Shown piece after piece: positions 48,236 to 58,728 of a DNA stretch of 64,000 bases. Each line of letters opens with the position of its first letter. Position 1 is the first letter of the stretch. Both the position numbers and the translations under genes were made by a program. The stretch is from Leptospiraceae bacterium (lineage in GTDB: Bacteria > Spirochaetota > Leptospiria > Leptospirales > Leptonemataceae), in the NCBI GenBank assembly GCA_040217195.1, contig JAVJNR010000003.1:736001-800000 (forward strand), read 5' to 3'. The notes below the pieces were generated by a model. It was not told the DNA's origin. It saw nothing but the letters and a program-made list of their open reading frames with translations, and did no database searches.

Positions 48236-48775
48236 TTAGTATCTTGGAATGGAGTCGTCTATTTCTTCAGACCAACGGTCAATTCCACCACGCAGACTTT
48301 TTACGTTTGGAAGACCATGACCTTTAAAATAGCTGGCCGCTTCCAGGGATCGCTGACCCACATGGCAATAGAATGCGATGTTAGTATCTTTTTCCCATTT
48401 GTTGAGAATTTCGTAGGCCATTTCCCGGGTAAGCATTTCTGAGCCGGGAATCTCTGCCATTTGCGCCTCGAAAGGCTCTCGAACATCGATGATTCTCCAG
48501 TTCTCGCCGGCATCCAGTTTGGACTTCAGTTCCTGGGGATCGATTTGCATCTCTTCATCCACTCGAGCGCTTTCATAGATATGATCGATGGCCTCGCCCA
48601 CTGAATTTGGACGGTTATGATTGATGAAGACCTCTTCCAGAGTGTCGCTGGGAGCGAATCCGCAGCTGGAACAGCCGCCAATATGGTATTTTTGAAAAAG
48701 TGCTCTCTTGGCGCTGGGATAAATATCCATGATCTCCATCATAGACATATCAGGAGTAATATCTTTTGTAAGCAT
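48236..48775 (-). CDS. Rhodanese-domain protein with an N-terminal CxxC (DUF1858-like) domain
   Basis: HIGGCSSC in the N-domain; IIDVREPFE, YCHVGQRS, SLRGGIDRWS..D..IPRY. Confidence 0.85.
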   Translation of the reverse strand: MLTKDITPDMSMMEIMDIYPSAKRALFQKYHIGGCSSCGFAPSDTLEEVFINHNRPNSVGEAIDHIYESARVDEEMQIDPQELKSKLDAGENWRIIDVREPFEAQMAEIPGSEMLTREMAYEILNKWEKDTNIAFYCHVGQRSLEAASYFKGHGLPNVKSLRGGIDRWSEEIDDSIPRY

Positions 48776-48940
48776 CAAATCCTCTCCATTGGAAGTATTA
48801 AGGGCCCAGATTGGCCCGGGATGACCATGTCGACTCAAGCGCGGTACAGGTCCATCTCTCAGAGGAAAAAAACAAAACTGGCAGGAATGGAAAGCCTTTT
48901 CCTTCTTGCGGAGCAGCAGGGTAATGGGAAATCGACTTAA

Positions 48941-49531
48941 GTGGACCCGCTTTCTAGAATTCCATCCGGCCGAATTGGTCGAACCTTATTGTCTGTAATA
49001 CTGGCTGCCTTTCTAGGCGGCTGTAGCACACCGGACTTCATTCAGGAACTCTACGGGGTTAATCCAGAACCTCAGGTGCATCTGACCTATCACCGGGCAG
49101 CCTATCGCTGCAGTATCCTGGTGGAAGACATGAAGGTACCGGTAAAGATACTGCCCCGGGCTCCCATTCCCTATTCCGATCAAGCCTTTGCTGGCATCCG
49201 GGTAGGCTACAATTTCCCTTTTGAGCATTTCAAGGAAATCATGACCTGGGCCCGGAACTACTATAAAGAAGCCCGGTATATTATGCTAACTGATCCGGCC
49301 CAGGGTGGGAACCGAGTATCCCATTATACCATGCATCTGGGTGTGCGCACCGACGAAGCCTTCCAGGGAGGATGGAAACCCTGGAGCAATGAAGATTTCA
49401 ATCGGATTCGTTCCCTATCGTCCCAGGAAGAAATGCATCAGCTTCTGCGTTCCTTCAAGCAGGAGCCCAATCCATTACCATACCAGTCTGACGATAACAA
49501 TTGGTGGAACCTGGAATTCTGGTCCTTGTAG
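48941..49531 (+). CDS. Hypothetical lipoprotein
   Basis: Lipobox LGGC; GTG start. Confidence 0.6.
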   Translation: MDPLSRIPSGRIGRTLLSVILAAFLGGCSTPDFIQELYGVNPEPQVHLTYHRAAYRCSILVEDMKVPVKILPRAPIPYSDQAFAGIRVGYNFPFEHFKEIMTWARNYYKEARYIMLTDPAQGGNRVSHYTMHLGVRTDEAFQGGWKPWSNEDFNRIRSLSSQEEMHQLLRSFKQEPNPLPYQSDDNNWWNLEFWSL

Positions 49532-49673
49532 GTTTCGGCAGATTCATATAGACAGACGCTACTGGCGCAAACCGATGCTTGATTCGCAATCCTCATCGAT
49601 ATTCTCATCCCAATCCCTCTGGAACAGAGGATTCCAGTCGAATCCAAATAACCAGAACCCATCCAGACAAAGA

Positions 49674-50324
49674 ATGACCAATAAGCGAGATGCTGTTGAG
49701 GCAGGAATCATCCCATATCTGGCCTGCGTTTTGTTTCTTCTGATTTTTCATTGTAGCCCAGGTAGCGAGCCCTATACCTTTTTGCTTCCGGAATCCAGAA
49801 ACTATTTAATCATTGGAGACTCGCTCACCGAGCGTTCGGATGGATTTTACCTGGAAAACCTCAGTCCAGATCCATTAACGGTGTACATCCGGGGCGTGGA
49901 CGGCTATGATTACAGGGACTGGTATCTTAGAATGGATCAGGCATTTGCAGGGATTCCATCACCGGATCGAATCATTACGGTTCTGGGTTCCAACGATGCG
50001 GCGCGTTTCAGCGGACAGGACTTTCTGGACAATGTGAATCAATTTCATGAGGCCATCCGGCAACGTAGCAGTGCCACTGTATTCTATACCCAGGTGCCCC
50101 GAAGTCGCTATCTGCCTATTCAAAACGGAATACTTTCCAACAATGCATTACTGGAGAGTAACCTCCCTGCAGAATCCAGGTTAATCGACCTGGACACACC
50201 GTTTGAAACCCATTTAAGTACCGGAGGAGCTCCCCTGTATCCGCAGGATGATGCCATTCATCCCAATCGGACAGGCTATACTTTAATGGGTACTATCATT
50301 CTGGAAGCTCTGTACAGAGATTAG
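49674..50324 (+). CDS. SGNH/GDSL hydrolase lipoprotein
   Basis: IGDSLT, LGSND, DAIHPN..GY; lipobox IFHC. Confidence 0.88.
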   Translation: MTNKRDAVEAGIIPYLACVLFLLIFHCSPGSEPYTFLLPESRNYLIIGDSLTERSDGFYLENLSPDPLTVYIRGVDGYDYRDWYLRMDQAFAGIPSPDRIITVLGSNDAARFSGQDFLDNVNQFHEAIRQRSSATVFYTQVPRSRYLPIQNGILSNNALLESNLPAESRLIDLDTPFETHLSTGGAPLYPQDDAIHPNRTGYTLMGTIILEALYRD

Positions 50325-50326
50325 AT

Positions 50327-51583
50327 TCAGACTCTCAGGGAATCCGCAACGCTACTCATTTCAGCCAGGAGCAGATAACTGGCTACCCGCCCCATTCCTT
50401 TTAGCTCCACAAAGCCCCTTTCTTCGAACTGAAACTTGCCCTTGAGTAGAGAGTAAGTAGATTCGGTAACCTGAACTTTACCTGGCACCCCGCTGGATTC
50501 CATTCTAGACGCAGTGTTTACGCTTTTGCCCCAGAGGTCATAGACGAATTTCTTTTTTCCAATTACCCCGGCCACCGCATCGCCGGATGCCATGCCGATG
50601 CGAATCTCCAGTGGTAGCTCCTCTACCTCACGGTATCTCCGCACCACTTCCAACATATCCAGGGCAAATCTGGCTACACTCTCTGCATGCTTCTGGTCTG
50701 GTTCTGGTAATCCGCCAACCACCATATAAGCATCGCCTATGGTTTTGATTTTCTCCAGACCATGCTTTTCTGCCAGGTCATCAAACTCAGAGAAGATGCG
50801 ATTTAGCAGATCCACAACATCCACAGGACTCATGGAATGCGACATTTCAGTAAATCCCACAATGTCAGAAAACAAAATAGTACATTCTTCGAACCGCTCC
50901 GCAATGGTATCCGGGCTTTCGCGAAGCTTATCCACAATGGAAGCGGGTAAAATGTTCAGCAGCAATTTCTCTGATTTGGATCTCTCCAGGTGTAAATAGG
51001 TCTCCGCCACTTCATAGATTCGACTGATATAGGCCGCAAGTCCCAGGGTCAGGACCCCTGCACCCAGCAAATTGGCCCTTGAGATGGATAGCATATCCTG
51101 CTGGGTCCAGTTCAGATTGCGCCCCATCTCCGGTAAGTAAATGTGCAGAGCTGCCAGTTCCAGAAGAGCGGCAAAGCCAGTGAAGTTCATCCAGCTACGC
51201 TGTCTGGCCGGAAAAATGAAGAATTGAGCCAGTATGACGGGAAACAGAAAGAAGTGAAAGTTGGACTCCGCCCCCATAAGAAAGCTCATCAAACCCATGA
51301 AGATCATGCCGCTCAGAGAAAAGTATAGCCGGGCCAGCAGTCTGTATCCTTTTCCGTTTAGAAACAGCACACCAAGTAATAGAAGACTGTATACGAGTGG
51401 GATTTTGGGCAGGAGCTGCAGATTATCTGGAAGAATGGCAACGGAGATGCCGGTAAATATCAGAGTAAAAAGTAGCATCAAAACGGCCAGGGTATTAACC
51501 AGCAGCACATTCTTCTGCTCTGCTTCATCTTTTACCCCCGTCATCCCACTATAGGCGATGGTATTCCAGATCAGCTGAAGCAT
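50327..51583 (-). CDS. Membrane-bound class III adenylate cyclase
   Basis: About 6 TM helices, SEKLLLNILP, ILFSDIVGFT, KIKTIGDAYM, YDLWG..VNTASRMES. Confidence 0.93.
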   Translation of the reverse strand: MLQLIWNTIAYSGMTGVKDEAEQKNVLLVNTLAVLMLLFTLIFTGISVAILPDNLQLLPKIPLVYSLLLLGVLFLNGKGYRLLARLYFSLSGMIFMGLMSFLMGAESNFHFFLFPVILAQFFIFPARQRSWMNFTGFAALLELAALHIYLPEMGRNLNWTQQDMLSISRANLLGAGVLTLGLAAYISRIYEVAETYLHLERSKSEKLLLNILPASIVDKLRESPDTIAERFEECTILFSDIVGFTEMSHSMSPVDVVDLLNRIFSEFDDLAEKHGLEKIKTIGDAYMVVGGLPEPDQKHAESVARFALDMLEVVRRYREVEELPLEIRIGMASGDAVAGVIGKKKFVYDLWGKSVNTASRMESSGVPGKVQVTESTYSLLKGKFQFEERGFVELKGMGRVASYLLLAEMSSVADSLRV

Positions 51584-51674
51584 AGACACAGATAGTCAAA
51601 AAGTCCTTACTACGGCGCAACCATTTTGTCTGGGGTTCAGCAAAATGACTTAAAAAGTCCCCGTTGCAGCCCAC

Positions 51675-52121
51675 TCAAGGCTCGCAGAGCCGCCACTCTT
51701 CCCGGAGCTCACAAGCAAGGAGGCCTTGCCACAGACCGCCGTTCCGGAGCAACGGCCGGACAGGAAGTCCGCAAGGTCCGAAGGACCGCCATTCTTCCCG
51801 GAGCTCACAAGCAAGGAGGCCTTGCCACAGACCACCGTTCCGGAGCAACGGGCGGACAGGAAGTCCGCAAGGTCCGAAGGACCGCCACTTTTCCCGGAGC
51901 TCACAAGCCAGGAGGCCTTGCCACAGACCACCGTTCCGGCGCAACGGGCGGACAGGAAGTCCGCAAGGCTCGCAGAGCCGCCACTCTTCCCGGAGCTCAA
52001 AAGCAAGGAGGCCTTGCGGCAGACCACCGTTCCGGAGGAACGGGCGGACAGGAAGTCCGCAAGGTCCGAAGGACCGCCATTCTTCCGGGAGGTCGCAAGC
52101 CAGGAGGGCTTGCGAAAGACC
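51675..52121. repeat. 96-bp tandem repeat (about 4.6 units) composed of stem-loops
   Basis: Unit starts at 51679, 51775, 51871, 51967 and 52063; each unit holds several short inverted repeats. Confidence 0.95.
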
Positions 52122-52141
52122 AACTCTAAAAAAGACTTCCC

Positions 52142-52726
52142 ATGCTTGCCGAGCTCTTGAATTGTCACGCTGTGCGCCCCCTACCTGAAGTGCATAGCAC
52201 AGAATCGATTTCGGCTTTGTTAGAACAGTGCGAGTCCATTCAAAAGGCTGTGGAGACCTTTATCCGAGAGATACCTCTGGAGTATTTGAATGAGCAGGGT
52301 TATCCTGAAGGATGGAGTCCGGCTCGCAACATCAAACATGTAGGCAACAGCCTGACTCTATTTTCCAAGTTCATAGGGGCCCCGGCCTGGTTTATAGCTC
52401 TATTCGGAAAGGCGAAAGCCTCCATGCCACCCATTGAATCAGTGCGGCCCACCAATCGTCCGCCCAGGTACGATTACGGAACCTATAAGCCCGGCAAGCC
52501 CTGCACGGAAGAAAAGAGGGAGGCCCTAATCCAGGGGCTGGCCCGAAGTTTCGAACGGTTCAAAAAATCCCTGCAGAAGCGCAATGAAGAAGAAATGGAC
52601 CGCCGAAAAGGGCTCTTTGGGGGCATGAGCCTGCGACTATTTGCTCATTTTGTGCTCAAACATACGGTTTTTCATCTTCAGGTGGTCCGGACCCGCCTTC
52701 AGACAGCCTCAGAATTGGCCGGCTGA
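52142..52726 (+). CDS. DinB/YfiT-like family protein
   Basis: GWSPARNIKH and F...HTVFHL.V motifs in a four-helix pattern. Confidence 0.75.
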   Translation: MLAELLNCHAVRPLPEVHSTESISALLEQCESIQKAVETFIREIPLEYLNEQGYPEGWSPARNIKHVGNSLTLFSKFIGAPAWFIALFGKAKASMPPIESVRPTNRPPRYDYGTYKPGKPCTEEKREALIQGLARSFERFKKSLQKRNEEEMDRRKGLFGGMSLRLFAHFVLKHTVFHLQVVRTRLQTASELAG

Positions 52727-52812
52727 GGCCCGAATTCAGATCAGATTCTTCATCTTAAATAGTACTTGCCCGAGCCCGGCCTGAGTTCGTTCTTTCTGGA
52801 TAGGGAGCGGAT

Positions 52813-54264
52813 ATGTCGACAGAATTAATAGATAGAACCGATCAGAATGAACCAGCTTTTTACGAGGCCGATGGGTTTCCCCGAGGTCTGAACCGAAAGG
52901 TGGTAGAATCCATTTCCCACATCAAGAATGAACCGGGATGGCTTACCGAATTCAGGCTTCAGGCCCTGGAAACATTTCAGTCCAAACCCATGCCAACCTG
53001 GGGCTTTATTCCTCAGTTCAACATCAACCTGGAAGACTACATTCACTACGTAGGCTCGAATAAGAAAAAGAAAAAGTCCTGGGATGAAGTGGATCCGGAT
53101 GTACTGGAAAGTTTTGAAAGACTGGGCATTCCAGAACATGAACGAAGATACCTGGCCGGCCTGGAAGCGATGAACGATTCAGAGACGGTCTATGCCAACG
53201 TTAAGAAAGAACTGGAAGACCTGGATATTATCTTCTGCGATATAGATACAGCCATCCGGGAGTATCCTGAACTTGTTAAGAAGTACCTTGGCTCAGTAGT
53301 AACTCCAGATGATAACAAATTTGCTGCATTGAATAGTGCCGTTTTTAGTGGAGGCTCTTTTGCTTACTGTCCTCCAGGAGTAAAAACTCCCATGCCCTTG
53401 CAGGCCTATTTCAAGGTTACGGCTGCCAGCTCGGGACAATATGAGCGAACTCTATTGATTGCAGATGAAGGAGCGGAAATCGTCTACAGCGAAGGATGCA
53501 CCTCATTGCAAGATGCAGGTACGAACTTCCATACGGCTGTCGTAGAACTTGTAGCTCTTGAGAAATCTAGAATCCATTATACAACAATCCAGAACTGGAA
53601 AAAGAATATGTATAACTGGACTGTGAAGCGTGGCCTGGCAGAAAAGGAAGCGCATATCACATGGACTGATGTCAACATTGGCGCTCAGACTATGAAGTAT
53701 CCGGGAATTATTCTCAAGGGAGATAGATCCACCGGTGACATTCTATCCCTGGCTTTTGCAGGCTCCAATCAAATCCAGGACACAGGTGCCAGGGTAATTC
53801 ATGTTGGAAAAGATACCAGGTCCAATGTACTGGCCAAAGGCGTTTCCCTGGACGGAGGAATCAACTCCTACAGAGGCCTTGTAAAGTTTGACAAATCAGC
53901 CACCGGAGCCTTCAGTCATGTTAAATGCGATGGCTTGATGATGGATGATAGAAGTCAGTCCCATGCATATCCTTACAATGATGTGGCCGGCGCCGATGGT
54001 TCTTTGAACTACGAGGCTACCGTTTCCAAGATCGATGAGGACATGCTCTTTTATCTGCAATGTCGAGGTCTCAACGAAGATGAAGCGAAGCTTCTTATCG
54101 TAAACGGTTTCTGCGACGGTGTGGTCAGGGATCTTAACGTTGAATACTCGGTAGAAATGAGTCGGCTTATTCGAATGATTCTTGAGGATGGAAAAGCCAT
54201 CGAAAGAAAGGATCAGAAAAAACAGGAAGTGCCTCAGGCCTCCGTGTCCGGGCCAGCCTGTTAA
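52813..54264 (+). CDS. sufB: Fe-S cluster assembly scaffold SufB
   Basis: SWDEV...[52 protein letters not shown]. Confidence 0.96.
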   Translation: MSTELIDRTDQNEPAFYEADGFPRGLNRKVVESISHIKNEPGWLTEFRLQALETFQSKPMPTWGFIPQFNINLEDYIHYVGSNKKKKKSWDEVDPDVLESFERLGIPEHERRYLAGLEAMNDSETVYANVKKELEDLDIIFCDIDTAIREYPELVKKYLGSVVTPDDNKFAALNSAVFSGGSFAYCPPGVKTPMPLQAYFKVTAASSGQYERTLLIADEGAEIVYSEGCTSLQDAGTNFHTAVVELVALEKSRIHYTTIQNWKKNMYNWTVKRGLAEKEAHITWTDVNIGAQTMKYPGIILKGDRSTGDILSLAFAGSNQIQDTGARVIHVGKDTRSNVLAKGVSLDGGINSYRGLVKFDKSATGAFSHVKCDGLMMDDRSQSHAYPYNDVAGADGSLNYEATVSKIDEDMLFYLQCRGLNEDEAKLLIVNGFCDGVVRDLNVEYSVEMSRLIRMILEDGKAIERKDQKKQEVPQASVSGPAC

Positions 54265-54375
54265 AGCGTTTCTATTCCGGTCAGTACCGTGACCGGATCA
54301 TACTTGCAGACGCTAAATGCATAAAATCAGCCGGTACAGCCATGCTGGCCGGCGAATTATTTTAAGGAAAAAAAT

Positions 54376-55137
54376 ATGACTGCAATCATAGAGATTAAAG
54401 ACCTTCATGTTGAGGTCGAAGAGACAGAAATTTTAAAAGGTGTAAACCTTTCTATCCCTGCCGGGGAGATTCATGCTATAATGGGGCCCAATGGTTCAGG
54501 CAAGAGTACTCTTTCCAATGCAATCATGGGGCATCCCAACTATAAGATTACTGGCGGAGACATCCTATTCAAAGGAGAATCCATTCTAGGATGGTCCACC
54601 GATGAAAGAGCTCGTAAAGGTCTTTTCCTTTGTTTCCAGTATCCCACGGCCATCCCCGGCGTTACAGTGACTAACTTCCTTCGTAATGTCTTGAAGAATG
54701 TTCGAGGCAAGGATGTGCCGGTTCGGGAATTTCGCACGGAAGTCAAGCAGGCCATGGAAGAACTGCAGATGGATTCCAATTTCATGGGACGATATGTAAA
54801 CGATGGATTCTCCGGCGGGGAGAAAAAGAGAAATGAAATCCTGCAAATGAGCCTGATGAAACCAGGGCTGGCCATTCTAGATGAGGTGGACTCCGGACTT
54901 GATATTGATGCACTACGAATCATCGCCCAGAATATTGAGAAACAGAACAACCAGGATCGATCCATGCTGGTAATCACCCACTATCAGAGAATCCTGAACT
55001 ATTTATCCCTGGATAAGGTACATATCTTTCTGGATGGACGGGTGCAGACCAGCGGTGGTCCTGAACTCGCCGAGCGTCTGGAAAAAGAAGGTTATGACTG
55101 GGTAAGCAAAGCCGCTGCTGCCGGAGGCAATGCATGA
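54376..55137 (+). CDS. sufC: Fe-S cluster assembly ATPase SufC
   Basis: [49 protein letters not shown]. Confidence 0.97.
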   Translation: MTAIIEIKDLHVEVEETEILKGVNLSIPAGEIHAIMGPNGSGKSTLSNAIMGHPNYKITGGDILFKGESILGWSTDERARKGLFLCFQYPTAIPGVTVTNFLRNVLKNVRGKDVPVREFRTEVKQAMEELQMDSNFMGRYVNDGFSGGEKKRNEILQMSLMKPGLAILDEVDSGLDIDALRIIAQNIEKQNNQDRSMLVITHYQRILNYLSLDKVHIFLDGRVQTSGGPELAERLEKEGYDWVSKAAAAGGNA

Positions 55138-56339
55138 GCGGGGTCGCCCAGATCCAGAACGAAGCCATAAATGCATTAAAAGCCGGTACGGAGAATTTGC
55201 CCGATCGGTCCAGCGAGCAATGGCGCAAGGTTCGCCTGGATGGAGTTGATGTTTTCTCTCGAAAGCCTGGAGAATTCAGCTTTGACCTGGCCTACAGCAA
55301 GGAATCCGGCGTTCCTCTGAATAGCTACAGCGAATTGCCCTCCCCGGCAAAGGGAGCGCAGACAAGCTACGAACAGGCAGGAATGAAGATTCTTGAGCCC
55401 GGCGAAGGAACCTTTGGTCAACATTGGTCCTGGCTAATAAATCGTGCTCGAGACACCAGAGATCCATTCGAATTAACTACACTTGGCTATGGACAGCCAG
55501 TGGGATTGCACATCCAGCAGGACATTGCATTACGAATTCGCTATGAGGCCGGCCAAGGTAATCTGTACCTACCATCCATTTACATAAAGGTGGACCCGGA
55601 CAAAGAACTGGATTTGTACATTGAATATTCCGATCCCAACGGGAACTCCGAAGAGCTGGGACGTATGTGGAGCAGCACTACTTTTATTGATGCCGGGAAC
55701 AATGCTCGAGTGCGAATTGTAGACAGCAGAAAACATGATGATCTTAGCTTTCACTTTCATCGACTGGATGTAGTTGAAGGTCGGGACAGCAATGTGCACT
55801 ATTGTGCCGTACATCGCGGTGGATTGACCGGAAAGGGCTTTGTTCGCACTAGAGCGATAGAAAAAGGAGCCTTCTTTCGCGGAATAGGATTGTACACCGG
55901 ACGTTCCGCTCAGCTGCATGATATGGAAATGGAAATCAGCCATGAGGCAGACCATTGCGTCAGCACTTTGCTCTACAAGACAGTGCTCCGCGACAGAGCT
56001 CACAGTATTTTCAATGGTTCCCTGGTGGCGCCGCCTCATATCAAACAGGTAGACTCCCATCAGACCAACAATAACATACTACTAAGCAAGAAGGCAAGGG
56101 CTGAGTCCATGCCAAGATTGATTATTCAATCGGAAGATGTTTCCTGCGAACACGGAGCTACAGTGGGTGACCTGGATGAACAGGCACTATTCTTTCTGCA
56201 GTGCAGAGGAATTCCTCTGGAGGAAGCTAGACGCATCCTGATTGAAGGATTCATGGAAGAAATTCTCTCCGAATTACGAATGACCGAAGAAGATCTTGCC
56301 AGCATGCGCGATGAACTGTTTCCAATACTCCAGAGTTAA
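55134..56339 (+). CDS. sufD: Fe-S cluster assembly protein SufD
   Basis: EQWRK, FNG, Q.NNNILLS..A.A.S.P.L.I...[15 protein letters not shown]. Confidence 0.92.
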   Translation: MSGVAQIQNEAINALKAGTENLPDRSSEQWRKVRLDGVDVFSRKPGEFSFDLAYSKESGVPLNSYSELPSPAKGAQTSYEQAGMKILEPGEGTFGQHWSWLINRARDTRDPFELTTLGYGQPVGLHIQQDIALRIRYEAGQGNLYLPSIYIKVDPDKELDLYIEYSDPNGNSEELGRMWSSTTFIDAGNNARVRIVDSRKHDDLSFHFHRLDVVEGRDSNVHYCAVHRGGLTGKGFVRTRAIEKGAFFRGIGLYTGRSAQLHDMEMEISHEADHCVSTLLYKTVLRDRAHSIFNGSLVAPPHIKQVDSHQTNNNILLSKKARAESMPRLIIQSEDVSCEHGATVGDLDEQALFFLQCRGIPLEEARRILIEGFMEEILSELRMTEEDLASMRDELFPILQS

Positions 56340-56455
56340 ATCCACAGAACTCGAATTTTCCGTGCTGAGCTCAGGCCGGTTGGGCCGTCGTCCATACCGG
56401 CCACTTGCCTGGTCGCTACGGGAATAGAAGAAACAATTCCGCAACAGGAGAGAAC

Positions 56456-56764
56456 ATGGCTGAAAAACTGGCCTCAGAATCAGAAATCAAAGAAGGTGAA
56501 GTGTTCACCTGTAATACCAGGATTGGCAGGGTGGCCCTGACTCGGTTGAACGGTAAGATCTGCGCCTTTGAGAACACCTGCACTCATGATGGAGGCCCCT
56601 TGAATGGGGGCACTCTGGACGGAAATGAAATCGTATGCCCCAGGCATGGAGCCAGGTTTAACGTTGAATCCGGGGAGGCCACCCGGATGCCGGCCACGGA
56701 AAGTATTGAGATTTATCCTGTGGAAGTGGAGAACGGAGAGGTCATGGTAGATTTGGACGCCTAG
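56456..56764 (+). CDS. Rieske [2Fe-2S] ferredoxin
   Basis: CTHDGG and CPRHGARF; AGGAG RBS. Confidence 0.93.
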   Translation: MAEKLASESEIKEGEVFTCNTRIGRVALTRLNGKICAFENTCTHDGGPLNGGTLDGNEIVCPRHGARFNVESGEATRMPATESIEIYPVEVENGEVMVDLDA

Positions 56765-56915
56765 AAGGCCTGGAACCAGACCAGATTACCACTCAAATCC
56801 AGCCCGAAAGGCCGGAGGCTCAGGTCAGTAGCTTTGCCGACAAAAACACTGGCAAGGCAGGGTGCTGGCTATTTTTTTACCGGAGAAAGGTTTCGTACCG
56901 GGAGATTGGCATTCC

Positions 56916-58187
56916 ATGTCGGGAAAATTACTGGATTATCAAAAAATTAAAGAGGACTTCCCCATTCTGTCCAGCAAGATGAATGGGCAGCCGCTGGTAT
57001 TTCTGGATAGCGCCGCCAGCTCCCAGAAACCACGGCGAGTCATTGAAGCCTTTGAAGATTATTACCGCTGCAGAAATGCAAACATCCACCGAGGTGCCTA
57101 TCGACTGAGTTATGAGGCCACAGACCTCTATGATCGAACAAGGGCCAGACTGGCCAAATTCATAGGCGCATCGGATCCAGACACAGTAATCTTCACACGA
57201 AACACTACCGAAGGACTTAACATTGTAGCCTATAGCTGGGCCATGAATGAACTAAAGCCCGGCGATGAGATACTGGTAAGCGAATTGGAACATCATTCCA
57301 ATCTGGTACCCTGGATGATGGCCGCCCGAAAAACCGGGGCTGTGATTCGTCATATTCCATTGACTGAAGATGCACGCTACGATCTGACTCGGCTACCTGA
57401 AGTAATTAGCAATCGCACTCGAATCGTATCCGTTGCCCATATGTCCAATGCAGTGGGTACCATTCATGACCTGCAGGCTATTGGCAAGGCCGCCAGAGCA
57501 GCCGGAGCGTTGTTTGTTGTAGATGGTGCTCAGGGCGCCTGTCATTTGAATGTAAATGTAGAAGAGCTTGATTGTGATTTCTATGCATTGAGTGCGCATA
57601 AGATGCTGGGGCCCACAGGTGTGGGAGCGCTATACGGCAAGCGCGATATCCTGGAGAATATGGAACCCTTTCTGGGCGGCGGCGATATGATCCTTACGGT
57701 TTCTGCGGATTCCTTCAAGCCTGCACCCCTGCCCATGAAATTCGAAGCAGGTACACCGAACATCGCAGGCGTGGTTGCTTTTTCGGTGGCTCTGGACTAT
57801 TTAAGTCAGGTAGGTCTGGAGAATATTCACAATCATGAAGTGGCTCTTCTGGAATATGGCCTGGATGCAATGAAGAAGATTCCCGGCATCCGGCTGTTCG
57901 GTAGCCAGGAGTTAGAACATCGAGGGGGAGTCATAAGCTTTCTTCTGGAGGGTGTGCATCCCCACGATATAGGCAGTATCCTGGATGAAGAAGGGGTAGC
58001 GGTCCGGGCAGGTCATCATTGCTGCGAACCATTCATGAAAAAAGAAGGCATATCCGGTACAGTGCGAGCCAGCTTTTATCTATACAATGGACCGGAGGAT
58101 GTGGATGCACTGGTGAATGCACTACTCAAGGTGCGAAGCATCTTCAAAATGCCTGCGAACAAAGTGCCTGGACCGGCACAGAGGTAA
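56916..58187 (+). CDS. sufS: Cysteine desulfurase SufS
   Basis: LDSAASSQKP, NIHRG, EHHSN, VDGAQ, SAHKMLGPTG, RAGHHC. Confidence 0.96.
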   Translation: MSGKLLDYQKIKEDFPILSSKMNGQPLVFLDSAASSQKPRRVIEAFEDYYRCRNANIHRGAYRLSYEATDLYDRTRARLAKFIGASDPDTVIFTRNTTEGLNIVAYSWAMNELKPGDEILVSELEHHSNLVPWMMAARKTGAVIRHIPLTEDARYDLTRLPEVISNRTRIVSVAHMSNAVGTIHDLQAIGKAARAAGALFVVDGAQGACHLNVNVEELDCDFYALSAHKMLGPTGVGALYGKRDILENMEPFLGGGDMILTVSADSFKPAPLPMKFEAGTPNIAGVVAFSVALDYLSQVGLENIHNHEVALLEYGLDAMKKIPGIRLFGSQELEHRGGVISFLLEGVHPHDIGSILDEEGVAVRAGHHCCEPFMKKEGISGTVRASFYLYNGPEDVDALVNALLKVRSIFKMPANKVPGPAQR

Positions 58188-58190
58188 AAA

Positions 58191-58628
58191 ATGTCCCTGA
58201 GCGAAGATCTATACAAAGAGTTAATAATTGAACACAGCCAGGAACCATCCCACCGGGATATTCCTGCAGACCATAATTTACACGAATCTGGAGTAAATCG
58301 TAGCTGCGGTGATGAGGTTGAGGTATATCTCAAAGTAGAAGATGGGGTGATCAAATCCATCGGCATGGGAGGGCATGGCTGCAGCATCTCCACAGCATCT
58401 GGATCCATGATGGCCGATGCAGTGGACGGTATGACCGTGGAGCAGGCCGAAGATCTGATTGAGAAATTCAAATCCATGATCGTGGAAAAGCATCAGATAG
58501 ATTTTCCCGATGGACTGGAAGATCTGGAAGCACTTCGCGGAGTACAGCAATACCCAATCCGAGTCAAATGTGCCACTCTTGCCTGGAATGCCCTGGAGCA
58601 AGCCCTCCAGAACGCCGGTAAATTGTAA
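58191..58628 (+). CDS. sufU: SUF system NifU-family protein SufU
   Basis: LYKELIIEH, NRSCGDE, GCSISTAS.S.M, P.RVKCATL.W. Confidence 0.94.
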   Translation: MSLSEDLYKELIIEHSQEPSHRDIPADHNLHESGVNRSCGDEVEVYLKVEDGVIKSIGMGGHGCSISTASGSMMADAVDGMTVEQAEDLIEKFKSMIVEKHQIDFPDGLEDLEALRGVQQYPIRVKCATLAWNALEQALQNAGKL

Positions 58629-58728
58629 TACTGTACCTGGAGACTGGCATCGCAGCCATTGGCTTTGAATTCGGGCACCGTTGGGCTTTGCACTTGCATT
58701 TACAGCCCGGATACCGAAAACTCGCAGG

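Noticed and set aside
49305..49673. N-terminal extension of the SGNH hydrolase
   Set aside because: It overlaps the upstream lipoprotein; the signal peptide and lipobox begin after ATG 49674.
51626..52188. Several ORFs on both strands across the 96-bp repeat
   Set aside because: The unit is 32 codons long and stop-poor, so most frames stay open. Variation between units preserves base pairing, and the starts are weak. It is not CRISPR either, since there are no spacers.
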